A stretch of DNA of 54,259 bases from a virus (Duplodnaviria > Caudoviricetes). Below the pieces are notes generated by a model. It had not been told where the DNA came from. It did no database searches and saw only the letters and a program-made list of their open reading frames with translations. The translations under genes were made by a program, and so were the position numbers. Location: positions 1-54,259 of the IMG/VR virus record IMGVR_UViG_3300010401_000011; one strand, 5' to 3'. Each line of letters begins with the position of its first letter. The first letter of the stretch is position 1. Positions 45,984 through 54,259 of this stretch are shown one piece after another.

Positions 45984-46562
45984 ATGGCACAGCAATTCAA
46001 AGCGACGATTACCGAGTTCGAAGCGGACGACATCCGCGCCTTTTACGATTCCGTAGTGCTCCGCGTGTGGCATCTCGGCGGCAAGCCCCGCACGTTCAAG
46101 ATTGCCCAAAAGCCACAACAGATTGTCACCGAGTTCCGTAACGAGACCCGCACGCGCGCGGTGCTCACCCTGGTGGACCGGGACGGCGTGGTGCAGCTGC
46201 CGTTCGAGCTCAACCCCACGAACCGCAAGACGATTAGCACGCTGTACGGCACCAAGCCGAGCGCGTGGGCGGGCAAGTTCATTACACTTTACCCGACCAC
46301 GACCGAGATGGCCGGGCAGACCGTCGACTGCATCCGTGTGCGCCCGACCGTCCCTGGCACCGAGGCCAAGGCGGCCAAGCCACGAACGAACAAGCAAGGC
46401 GCCAACGTGCCACAACCCAAAGCGGACACGGCCCAGAGCGAGCCCGCCGAGAGCACGCGCGAACCGGGCGACGACTCCACCGAATCGCCCGATAGCGAGC
46501 CGCCCGTGGGCGCCCTCACCACCGACGCTGCAGCCGACTCCACCACCGAATACGGAGCTTGA
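45984..46562 (+). CDS. Putative ssDNA-binding/recombination-associated protein
   Basis: LNPTNRKTISTLYG..WAGKFITLY..VDCIRVR, acidic tail, adjacent to exonuclease. Confidence 0.6.
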   Translation: MAQQFKATITEFEADDIRAFYDSVVLRVWHLGGKPRTFKIAQKPQQIVTEFRNETRTRAVLTLVDRDGVVQLPFELNPTNRKTISTLYGTKPSAWAGKFITLYPTTTEMAGQTVDCIRVRPTVPGTEAKAAKPRTNKQGANVPQPKADTAQSEPAESTREPGDDSTESPDSEPPVGALTTDAAADSTTEYGA

Positions 46563-46568
46563 AAAGAC

Positions 46569-47372
46569 ATGGGCCTCGCACTCGTTCAGCAGCCATCCGC
46601 TCCCGCCCTCACCCCCGAGCCGCTCCGCTTCTCGCGCTTGAAGCGCATGGGTAAGAGCGCCATGCACTACGCCGATGAGACGGCGTGGGAAGAGACGGGG
46701 CCCATGCGCAAGGGCACGGCGCTGCACTCGTTCCTGCTCGGCGGCCGCGCCATCGTCATGTACGAGGGCCGCCGGGACCCGCGCATGGCCGCGTGGCGAG
46801 ACTTCCAGGCCGAGCACGCGGGCAAGGTCATCCTGAGCCCGAAAGAACTCGGCGCGGTCGGTGGCATGCGAAAGAGCCTCGAACGGCACAAGCGCGCGCG
46901 CGAGTTGCTCGATGACGGCGTGCAGGAAAACCGAATCGAGTGGGACCTGGCCGGTCGAGCCTGTGCCGGAACACCGGACGTCATCCGTCCGAAGAACGGT
47001 CGGAAACGCCTGGTGGAGCTCAAGACCGGCAACACGTCCGCGCCGGGCCTGTTCAAACACAAGGCCAAGGGCATGGGCTACCACGCTCAGGTGGCCTGGT
47101 ACGCGGACGGGTGCGAGCGGACCATGAGCTACGAGCCCGGGGCCGTGACGGAGGTGTTCATCGTGGCCGTGGAATCGTCCTCGCCATACCCGGTCACGGT
47201 CTTCCGCGTGTGCGAAAGCATGCTCACGCTCGGCCGCAAACAATACCGCGCTTGGTTCGAGGCGGCCCGCAACTGCGAGCACGCGGATCACTTCCCAGCC
47301 TACGCGGAAAATGACGTAGACTGGGAGGATGAGGAGGGCGACGGGGACGGGCTCGATTGGAGCGACGAGTAA
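46569..47372 (+). CDS. PD-(D/E)xK exonuclease (RecE/ExoVIII-like)
   Basis: GTALH, GTPD..LVELKT, YHAQVAWY, FIVAVE..PY. Confidence 0.85.
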   Translation: MGLALVQQPSAPALTPEPLRFSRLKRMGKSAMHYADETAWEETGPMRKGTALHSFLLGGRAIVMYEGRRDPRMAAWRDFQAEHAGKVILSPKELGAVGGMRKSLERHKRARELLDDGVQENRIEWDLAGRACAGTPDVIRPKNGRKRLVELKTGNTSAPGLFKHKAKGMGYHAQVAWYADGCERTMSYEPGAVTEVFIVAVESSSPYPVTVFRVCESMLTLGRKQYRAWFEAARNCEHADHFPAYAENDVDWEDEEGDGDGLDWSDE

Positions 47373-47382
47373 GGAAAAGCCC

Positions 47383-47477
47383 GGGCCCTTCGGGGCCCTA
47401 GCCCGCTCTGAGCTGTCAAGCGCGTGCCCCAGGTGGTCGACACACGGGGGAGTGCAGGCACGGGGCGGGCTAGGGCC
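47383..47477 (+). promoter_or_regulatory. Alternative stem-loops (cUUCGg hairpin versus 16-bp stem)
   Basis: GGGCCC-TTCG-GGGCCC at 47383-47398 overlaps stem 47394-47409/47462-47477. Confidence 0.55.
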
Positions 47478-47509
47478 AAGCAAGGCCAGCAAACGAAAGG
47501 CTAAAGACA

Positions 47510-48007
47510 GTGGGAAAGCGCAACACCGTAGTAACCAAGCCAACCGTGGCAACCGAGCCGAGCGAGGCGCACTTCGACGAGAGCGAGCCGAGCGACCCGA
47601 TGCAGTTCGAGCAGGCCTCGCTCGGTCGGGAGATGGCGGCTCTCGGGCGAGTGAGCGTGCCGACGGTGCTCAACCCCGAGGCCATCGGCAACCCGAACCT
47701 GACCCCGATCGTCCAGCTTCCGCCCGACATGGCTCAGGCACTGGTCGACTCGGGTCAATGCGCGCGCGTGTCGACACCCAAGCCCGCCGCCACCCGCCCC
47801 CGCCGCGTGAGCGCGGAAGCGACCAAGGCCGAGACGCGCCTCATCAACCTCGAACGCGCCACCCAGGCCAGCATCGCCGCCTGCACCGCGGGCTGGGCTG
47901 CCAAGCGCCAGGCCCTCATCGCGTCCCTGCCCCACGACGTGCAGGGCATGCTCTTGGCCGGCGGCGTCATCACGGACGATGACCTGGAAGGGATTCGACC
48001 GCTGTGA
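47510..48007 (+). CDS. Hypothetical protein
   Basis: 165 aa ORF, AAAGG RBS. Confidence 0.65.
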   Translation: MGKRNTVVTKPTVATEPSEAHFDESEPSDPMQFEQASLGREMAALGRVSVPTVLNPEAIGNPNLTPIVQLPPDMAQALVDSGQCARVSTPKPAATRPRRVSAEATKAETRLINLERATQASIAACTAGWAAKRQALIASLPHDVQGMLLAGGVITDDDLEGIRPL

Positions 48008-48309
48008 CAGGCTTTGCCACGCGCCTGGCTCGGCTCGAGGCACTGCACACCCATGAGCTCGCCGGCATGGCAGCGGACTACGAGCGGGACAGCCTCGCCC
48101 CGTCCCCCGACTACAGCACCATGGAGACGCTCCCGCCGCCGGCCCCTGACACGTGCGGGTGCGAGGAAGCCGTCTCGCTCCGGGCCCGGCTCGTTCAGGC
48201 CGAGCGCCGCGCCATGCTTTGGCACAAGCTCGCGCGCATGAAGCACCGGCTCTTGCACGTGAACGACCACGAGCGGTGCGACTCGCAGCTGACGAGGCCG
48301 GTGCCATGA
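48004..48309 (+). CDS. Hypothetical protein
   Basis: GTGA-coupled. Confidence 0.6.
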   Translation: MTGFATRLARLEALHTHELAGMAADYERDSLAPSPDYSTMETLPPPAPDTCGCEEAVSLRARLVQAERRAMLWHKLARMKHRLLHVNDHERCDSQLTRPVP

Positions 48310-48686
48310 CGGAGCCGAACCGGACCCACTGTTGCCGAGAGCCCGTGGACCGTGGCGATGGGCGCTACTGTAACGAGTGCCTTTCGCGGCCATGCCGGTG
48401 GGCGGACTCGCTTGGGCCATTCCCGGAGACTGACCTGGAAACCAAGCTACGCGCCGTCATGGCCGAAGCCGACGAGTGGGGCACCGTGGCGGACTTCGAG
48501 CGGTCCTTGCGCGAGCAGGGCTTGCACGTCGTGACCGCGGCTGAGAAGGCCAGACTGGACGCGCTCGATGCCGTGCCGGCTGATGTCCTCGACGACTGGC
48601 GCGCCTTCACGGTGCACGTCCGGCATATCCCCGCGTGCCACGATCTGGCAGTGGCCGTGCTCGCCCGGCGAAAGGCCACACCATGA
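48306..48686 (+). CDS. Hypothetical protein, Cys-rich N-terminus
   Basis: ATGA-coupled. Confidence 0.6.
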   Translation: MTEPNRTHCCREPVDRGDGRYCNECLSRPCRWADSLGPFPETDLETKLRAVMAEADEWGTVADFERSLREQGLHVVTAAEKARLDALDAVPADVLDDWRAFTVHVRHIPACHDLAVAVLARRKATP

Positions 48687-49342
48687 CATCCGCCGCCCAC
48701 GCTACCCCCATCACCAACACCCCGGTGCAAGACGCCGTCCGCGCGTACACGGCCCGGGGCTTCCGTTGCGTGCCCCTCTACGGTGTCGACGACCACGGCA
48801 ATTGCATGTGCGGCAACCCGTCGTGCAAGCCGCGGGACCACGGAAAGCACGAGCCGCCCGAGACCGACGGCACCTGGAAGGACGGGCGCACTTTCGGCCC
48901 CGAGGACTTCCGCGCAACGGACAACGTGGCCATCGCGCTCGGCCCCTGGAAAGCCAAGCATGGGCAACACTCGTGGCTGGTCTGCCTCGACATGGACGGC
49001 ACCGATGACGCGCGCGTGTTCTTTCCGAACCTGCCCCCGACGCTCACGCAGAAGAGCCAGCACGGGCTGCACCTGTTCTTCACCGTCCGCGAGTTCGAGC
49101 CGCTCGGCAATTGGGTCGATTGCTTCGGGACCAGGGCCGCCGGCTTCCAGCTCGATCTCAGGTACGCCCGCGGCCGTATCGTGGTCGCACCATCCCGGGG
49201 AGCTTGGGGCCGCTACGAGTGGCAGGACTGGCGCGCTCCCGTGCCCTTGCCGAGCGAGGCTTTGAGCGCCATCTACGGGCAACGCCAGACCCGCGGCTTG
49301 CCCGTGCTCGAACGGTGGGAGCGGGGGAGCAAGGCGCCGTGA
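48683..49342 (+). CDS. Bifunctional DNA primase/polymerase (Prim-Pol) domain protein
   Basis: Y.ARGF..VPL, CMCG..C..GKH, NVAIALG, LDMD, GLHLFF, DLR..VVAPS. Confidence 0.85.
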   Translation: MTSAAHATPITNTPVQDAVRAYTARGFRCVPLYGVDDHGNCMCGNPSCKPRDHGKHEPPETDGTWKDGRTFGPEDFRATDNVAIALGPWKAKHGQHSWLVCLDMDGTDDARVFFPNLPPTLTQKSQHGLHLFFTVREFEPLGNWVDCFGTRAAGFQLDLRYARGRIVVAPSRGAWGRYEWQDWRAPVPLPSEALSAIYGQRQTRGLPVLERWERGSKAP

Positions 49343-49581
49343 GCCGACGTAGCAAGAAACGCGAGCCGTGGCGCTTCCAGGGCTGGCAACGCGGCTTCAT
49401 GGCGGCGGCTCGTCATCTCGACCCGGCCATGTTGCGTCCCCGGGCACGTTGGCGCGGGATGCTGCAGGCCATGAAACGCAAGCCACGCGAGCCGTACGAG
49501 ATGCGCGTCGTGGCCTTTCCGGGCCTCGTGGGCATGTGCGTGCACCGGCTCGGGAGCTTTTCGACCAGTGAGGCACCGTGA
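49339..49581 (+). CDS. Basic hypothetical protein
   Basis: GTGA-coupled. Confidence 0.5.
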   Translation: MSRRSKKREPWRFQGWQRGFMAAARHLDPAMLRPRARWRGMLQAMKRKPREPYEMRVVAFPGLVGMCVHRLGSFSTSEAP

Positions 49582-49832
49582 ACGAACTCGCCAAGGCCAT
49601 CGAGCGCATGCTCCAAGCATCGCGTAAGTACGACACCGCATGGGACCCGCCCCACAATCCCAACCCGATCGTGTGGGTCACCGGCATCGTGGTGGCGGAC
49701 GAGGCTTTCGATACGGCACTGGACGGCTACCTCAATCACACGGGTGGGCAAGCGGACGATCCGAACTGGTTCGACATCCTGACCTGCAACGGCCCGGTCC
49801 GCATCTATCGGCAAAGCGGTCTGTCCACATGA
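49578..49832 (+). CDS. Hypothetical protein
   Basis: Coupled ORF, GAGG RBS. Confidence 0.6.
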   Translation: MNELAKAIERMLQASRKYDTAWDPPHNPNPIVWVTGIVVADEAFDTALDGYLNHTGGQADDPNWFDILTCNGPVRIYRQSGLST

Positions 49833-50011
49833 CCAACACCCGTCGCCGGGAGCTCGAGCGCGTGGAAGGTGCTCGCCTGACACCCACCGAGCAGCGAGAG
49901 GGCTGGCACTTCTGCCCGGAGTTTGACGAGGACCTCATCCAGGGCGAGGACACCCCCGGTCAGGTCCGGTGCGGCTGGTGCGGCTTTGACGGGGGCGCGG
50001 TGACGCCATGA
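49829..50011 (+). CDS. Hypothetical protein
   Basis: EGWHFCPEFD motif. Confidence 0.6.
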   Translation: MTNTRRRELERVEGARLTPTEQREGWHFCPEFDEDLIQGEDTPGQVRCGWCGFDGGAVTP

Positions 50012-50289
50012 GCTACGCCCGCCGCGGCTACGCCTTCCTCGGGCCCGAATACGCCTCCGACGTCTACGTGTACCATCACACGAGCGGGGACTTCTGTTGC
50101 GACGATTGCCCACGGCTCGGCCACCACTTCGAGCCGACCGCGCTCACCATGGCGGTCCATCTCGTCGACGACCGGGCAGCGGGCTACACCGTCCAGCAAG
50201 ACACCATCGACGAGCTCATCTGGGAGGCGGAAAACAAGGACTGCCCTGGCGAAAAAACCACTCCCGTTTCAGGCGCGCGCGCGAAATGA
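50008..50289 (+). CDS. Hypothetical zinc-binding protein
   Basis: MSYAR..SDVYVY..CCDDC..HL.DDRAAG. Confidence 0.7.
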   Translation: MSYARRGYAFLGPEYASDVYVYHHTSGDFCCDDCPRLGHHFEPTALTMAVHLVDDRAAGYTVQQDTIDELIWEAENKDCPGEKTTPVSGARAK

Positions 50290-50488
50290 CCCCCCGGCCC
50301 CTCCCGCCTATCCCAAGGACGGGCCCGATCCTGGAACGTCGCACACTTTCTCACGCCACCCGCGTCTAGGAACTTCCCGCGTTCCAAGGCCCGCCCCACC
50401 CCGGCACCCTGAACGCCCGTCTGAAATTGCGCCGCGGCCCCGCCCCGTGCCCTCTACGCGGGCGCAAATATTCCGTTCAGTAAGGGTG

Positions 50489-51013
50489 ATGCAACGCCTT
50501 GCCGCTCTTCTGGTTCTGACCCTCGCCGCGCTCGTGGGCTGCTCCGCCCCGGTCGAGCCGAGCCCCGAGACGGCTAGCGTCGAGGCAGCCCAGAGCGCCC
50601 CTGAGCCCGCCCCGCTGCCGTGCGGGACCGTGTTCACGCCCGACCCTGAGCTGCTCGCGGACGTGACCGCCGCGGCCGCTCGCTGGTCCGTCGCCACCGG
50701 GTGCGATATCCGGGTGGGTCAAGGTGGCACCCGCGTCCGCCTCGTGAGCGAGATCAACGACAACGGCACGCTCCGCCCCGGGCTGACCCATTACGAGGCC
50801 GACGGCGTGACCCTGGTCATCGACGTCATCGCGGCCCGATCGGCAGCCGTGCTCATCCACGAGATGGGCCACGTGCTCTTTCCGCGCCCTGGCCACGTCG
50901 AGGGCGAGACGGCGCTGATGTCGCATGCCGGCGGCAACGGCCGCATCACGGCGGCGGATCTCGAGTACGTGTGCGCCGGCTACGGCTGCACGGTGTTCGT
51001 GCTCGAGGCGTGA
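50489..51013 (+). CDS. Lipoprotein zinc metallopeptidase (metzincin-like)
   Basis: Signal peptide with lipobox LVGC; HEMGH..H; Met-turn ALM. Confidence 0.8.
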   Translation: MQRLAALLVLTLAALVGCSAPVEPSPETASVEAAQSAPEPAPLPCGTVFTPDPELLADVTAAAARWSVATGCDIRVGQGGTRVRLVSEINDNGTLRPGLTHYEADGVTLVIDVIAARSAAVLIHEMGHVLFPRPGHVEGETALMSHAGGNGRITAADLEYVCAGYGCTVFVLEA

Positions 51014-51026
51014 ACGCGTCCGGAGC

Positions 51027-51065
51027 GCCTACGTCAAACTTGACGGCGTCACATTTGACGTAGGC
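51027..51065. repeat. Perfect 12-bp inverted repeat with nested palindrome
   Basis: GCCTACGTCAAA-ctTGACggcGTCAca-TTTGACGTAGGC. Confidence 0.85.
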
Positions 51066-51233
51066 CGGGCCCGGCGGTAGGCTACGGGGCCAACATGCCG
51101 GGCCCGCTGCCGTGATAGCTTGGGCGTCGCTCGCCCCCTACGTCCTCGTAGCCGCTGGCTTCGGGGCGTGGATGCATTGGCGCTTCCGGCAGCGCCGCCG
51201 CATGTGGGCGCCCTTCCGTGACGGGCGGCGCCG

Positions 51234-51488
51234 GTGAGCGACGACGACGTGCTCCGTGAGGTCAAGCCCGTGACCAGCGATGACGTGCCCAAGGTGCTGC
51301 ACGAGGCGCTCAGCCTGGCCGTGCAGGGCAAGCTCCGGGGCGTGGTGGTGTTCATGTCCTTCCACGGCTCGACTCAGCTCCGGCACGTGCAGGGCGGGCA
51401 CATGAACCTGGCCGAGGTCAGCATCACCGTCGACCACTGGAAGTGGCAGCACTTCCTGAGCGAGCAAGCCGGGTTGGAGCGAGCCTGA
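51234..51488 (+). CDS. Hypothetical protein
   Basis: TGATG-coupled to the nozzle gene. Confidence 0.65.
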   Translation: MSDDDVLREVKPVTSDDVPKVLHEALSLAVQGKLRGVVVFMSFHGSTQLRHVQGGHMNLAEVSITVDHWKWQHFLSEQAGLERA

Positions 51489-54259
51489 TGCCCGCCATCA
51501 CGCTCTTCCCGTTCAACGGCGGGCTGTCCACGCACATCGATACGCGGCTCTTGCCCGATGGCGCGCTGAACGACGCCGTCAACGTGGAGCTCGACCGGCA
51601 AGGGCGGCTCATTGGGCGGGCGAAGTACACGGCGCAAGCCATGACCGTGCAGGGCGGCACCGCCATCTCGGCGGGCACGCTCGTCGCCTATGACCTGTTC
51701 TGCCTGAACGATCGGCTCTTCGCGCTCGCCGATGCGTTCGGCTTTGGCTTCGCCACCGACATCTACGAGCTCATGCCGAGTGGCACGGCCAAGCGTTGGC
51801 GCCCCACCTCGATCGAGGCGGCGGGTGGCGCTACCCCGCGCCTGCCACGGGCAACGCAGGTGCGGGACATGGCTCGCCCACCCGACGCCAAGGACAGCAT
51901 CAGCAACATGGACGGGGCGGCGGGCGCGGGCTTTGCGGCGCTGGTCTGGAACCTCGACGCGAGCCCGAGCGTGAGCGTCAACGGCTACGTGCACATCGTG
52001 AGCGCGGCGAGCGGGGAGAGCGTGCTGTATGCCGAGATGCAAGCGGCCGGGGACGGGCCCGTTGCACTGCTCCGCGTGCTGGCGCTTTCAGACCGGTTCC
52101 TCTTCATCGGGCTAGACTTCGGCACGACCGGCATCGGGCTCTCGCGCTTCATCTACGCGACCGACGAGGCAGTGACGCTGGTTACATCGCACGTGACGGG
52201 CCTCACGGGCACGACGCCCGCGTTCAACGTGTGCAAGGTCGCTGGCTCTGACCAGTTCGTGGTCGTGTCCAACGTCGTTGGCACGGTGCACGTCCAGCGT
52301 TTCAGCAACGCGGGCGTCTTGCAGGTGCCAAGCGGCGGGGCCTACGCGGACATCGTGGCGGCAGCCACTTATCTGGCCGTGGAGGCGTCGAGCACCGCCA
52401 ACCAGATAACCGTGGCCATGCTGGTCGGCGGCGAGGCCCGGCTCTTCTCGTACAACCTGAGCACCGGCGCGGCCATCGGCGTCGGCCCGTTCGTGCCCTT
52501 CACGGGGGAGACCAGTATCGATGTCGCCCTCGTGCGGGTGAGCTCCACCGTGCTCGAGGTGCTGAGCAGCGTGACGAGCGAGACCGCGCCCACGATCTTC
52601 TCGCGCCGCTACACGGTCTCGACCAATGCGTTCGGCACCCTGCTCCGGGCCGTGACTGATTCGCAACTGGCAGCGTCGCCGGCCTTTCAGGGTGAGGTGT
52701 TCTTCGGCTCGCGCGCGGGGCTCGGCACCGTCGGCAATTCGCCCAACATGCTGCTCTCGCACGGGGACGACGATGACGAGGTGACGCCGCTGGTCGTCAA
52801 GGACTTCGAGGTTGCCGGCACCATGACCGCCAACCTCCTGCCCAGCATCAGCCAGGACGCGAGTACGGGCAAATGGTACTGGCCCACGGCCGCGGCCAAC
52901 CCGGACGGGGACCTCGCTCCGGTGCTCACCGAGTTCGAGATGGGCAGCACCGCGCGACGCCAGACGGCCATCTACGGCAACCACGTCTTCATTGGCGGCG
53001 GCTGCCCGCTCGTGTTCGACGGGATTAGCGTGGTCGAGAGCGGCTACCTCGAACGGCCCCGCATCATCAGCCTGACCCCGAGCAACGGCGCGGGTGAGCT
53101 GCTCGGTGGCGGCACGTACCGCTACCGCTGCCATTGGGAGTGGATCGATAGCGAAGGTGACCTGCACCTGAGCCCGCCGAGCGCCATCACGAGCGTCGAC
53201 CTGGCTAGCGCGCATGACACGGTGGCGGCGGTCGTTACGACGCCGCACAGCATGCGTTGGAACCAGGGCACCATCGACGGCACGGTCCGGTGCGTGCTGA
53301 GCCGCACGCTCGCCACCGTCTCGAACACGCCCGCCACGTTGCTCGGCACGGCCGCGCTCACCCCGCCGAGTTCATCGCTCGACACGCTGACCCTCAAGCT
53401 CTTCGCGCTGCCCGGCTTTACGTCATACACGGTCACGTTTTCGGCCGCCGCCATCACGGCCACGGTCGTAGCGAGCGAGATCAACGCCGTCACGAGCGCC
53501 AAGATTACGGCCACGAACGAGAATGAGTATTTGCGCCTGACGAGCGTAGCCTCGGGAAGCACGAGTTTCATCGGCATCCTCGGCACGGGCACCGCCAACG
53601 CCATCCTCGGGTTTGCCGCCAACCAAAGCGATCTCGGGGAGACCGAGTACACGGTCGGGGAGAACTTCCAGCGCGCGGCCGTCGCGTACACGGCGCTCGG
53701 CGGGTCTGCCGTGGCGTCCTACGTGACCATCACGGATCTCCGAAAAGACCAGTCCGATCCCATCCTGGACTCAGACCTCATCCGGCAGCAAGTCCTCTAC
53801 AGCCAGGGCACGGCCTCGGGCGCGCACCATGCCCCGCCGCCCTCGGAGTGTCTCTGGGCAGGGCGTGAGCGGCTCATCGCGAGCAAGCAAGCCAAGCGCT
53901 CCCGCTACACGGCAAGCAAGCTCATCGTCCCGGCCGAGCCAGCCGAGTTCGCGAGCGAGGGCCTGCTCGCCTTCTCCGGCACGGTGGCGGGTGACATCGA
54001 GGCGAGTGCCATGCTCGGTGACACCATGGTGCATTTCACGCGCCGTCAGATCTGGTTCGTCACCGGCTCGGGCCCGGACCGCTCGGGGCAGGGGTCGTTC
54101 TTCGCCGCGCAACTCATCAGCAAAACCATTGGGCTCGCCACCCCCGACGGTTGGCGCTCCCTGCTCGAGGACGACCTCGGGCTCTGGTTCCAGGGCTCGG
54201 ACAAGGAACTCTACCGCCTGAGCAAGGGCGGCGCCATCGAGTGGCTGGGCAAGGACGTA
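51488..54259 (+). CDS. Tail nozzle / tail tubular protein B-like (924 codons to the contig end; frame continues to 738 after circularisation)
   Basis: MPAITLFPFNGGL..D.RLLPDGAL.DAVNV..GRL N-terminus; beta-propeller-like; GTYRY motif; absent from ORF track because no stop occurs before the end. Confidence 0.75.
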   Translation, partial: MPAITLFPFNGGLSTHIDTRLLPDGALNDAVNVELDRQGRLIGRAKYTAQAMTVQGGTAISAGTLVAYDLFCLNDRLFALADAFGFGFATDIYELMPSGTAKRWRPTSIEAAGGATPRLPRATQVRDMARPPDAKDSISNMDGAAGAGFAALVWNLDASPSVSVNGYVHIVSAASGESVLYAEMQAAGDGPVALLRVLALSDRFLFIGLDFGTTGIGLSRFIYATDEAVTLVTSHVTGLTGTTPAFNVCKVAGSDQFVVVSNVVGTVHVQRFSNAGVLQVPSGGAYADIVAAATYLAVEASSTANQITVAMLVGGEARLFSYNLSTGAAIGVGPFVPFTGETSIDVALVRVSSTVLEVLSSVTSETAPTIFSRRYTVSTNAFGTLLRAVTDSQLAASPAFQGEVFFGSRAGLGTVGNSPNMLLSHGDDDDEVTPLVVKDFEVAGTMTANLLPSISQDASTGKWYWPTAAANPDGDLAPVLTEFEMGSTARRQTAIYGNHVFIGGGCPLVFDGISVVESGYLERPRIISLTPSNGAGELLGGGTYRYRCHWEWIDSEGDLHLSPPSAITSVDLASAHDTVAAVVTTPHSMRWNQGTIDGTVRCVLSRTLATVSNTPATLLGTAALTPPSSSLDTLTLKLFALPGFTSYTVTFSAAAITATVVASEINAVTSAKITATNENEYLRLTSVASGSTSFIGILGTGTANAILGFAANQSDLGETEYTVGENFQRAAVAYTALGGSAVASYVTITDLRKDQSDPILDSDLIRQQVLYSQGTASGAHHAPPPSECLWAGRERLIASKQAKRSRYTASKLIVPAEPAEFASEGLLAFSGTVAGDIEASAMLGDTMVHFTRRQIWFVTGSGPDRSGQGSFFAAQLISKTIGLATPDGWRSLLEDDLGLWFQGSDKELYRLSKGGAIEWLGKDV
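54137..54259. repeat. Direct terminal repeat, copy 2
   Basis: Identical to 1-123. Confidence 0.95.

Overview
This window is an apparently complete, circularly permuted temperate dsDNA phage genome of about 54.1 kb. Bases 1-123 are repeated exactly at 54137-54259, which is most likely an assembly overlap. GC is high (roughly 65-70% by eye). The virion looks podovirus-like: tail nozzle, three large internal/ejection proteins, portal, scaffold, TerS/TerL, major capsid, head-tail adaptor, collagen/Gly-rich fibre and CHAP endolysin, with no tape measure or sheath. A minus-strand block of small ORFs (29.9-36.9 kb) is followed by a LexA-like repressor, an excisionase-like gene and a tyrosine integrase. 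After these come an initiator carrying an iteron origin, a sigma-70-like factor, a Fis-type HTH, a Dam-type MTase, an SSB-like/exonuclease pair and a prim-pol. A myxobacterial host is inferred from GC, the NtrC/Fis-type HTH and the Mx8-like integrase layout. The most notable observations are: (1) a Tad2/DUF2829 sponge with uncharacterised neighbours inserted in the head module; (2) a probable attP inside the integrase gene; (3) several large structured intergenic RNA elements (capsid leader, four-way junction before the lysis genes, a two-state hairpin); (4) a tandem GroES-like protein; (5) a GT2-TPR glycosyltransferase near a Thr-rich collagen fibre; (6) an in-frame TAG in the tail nozzle at the contig junction. 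All family calls are by motif recognition only; no searches or folding programs were run.
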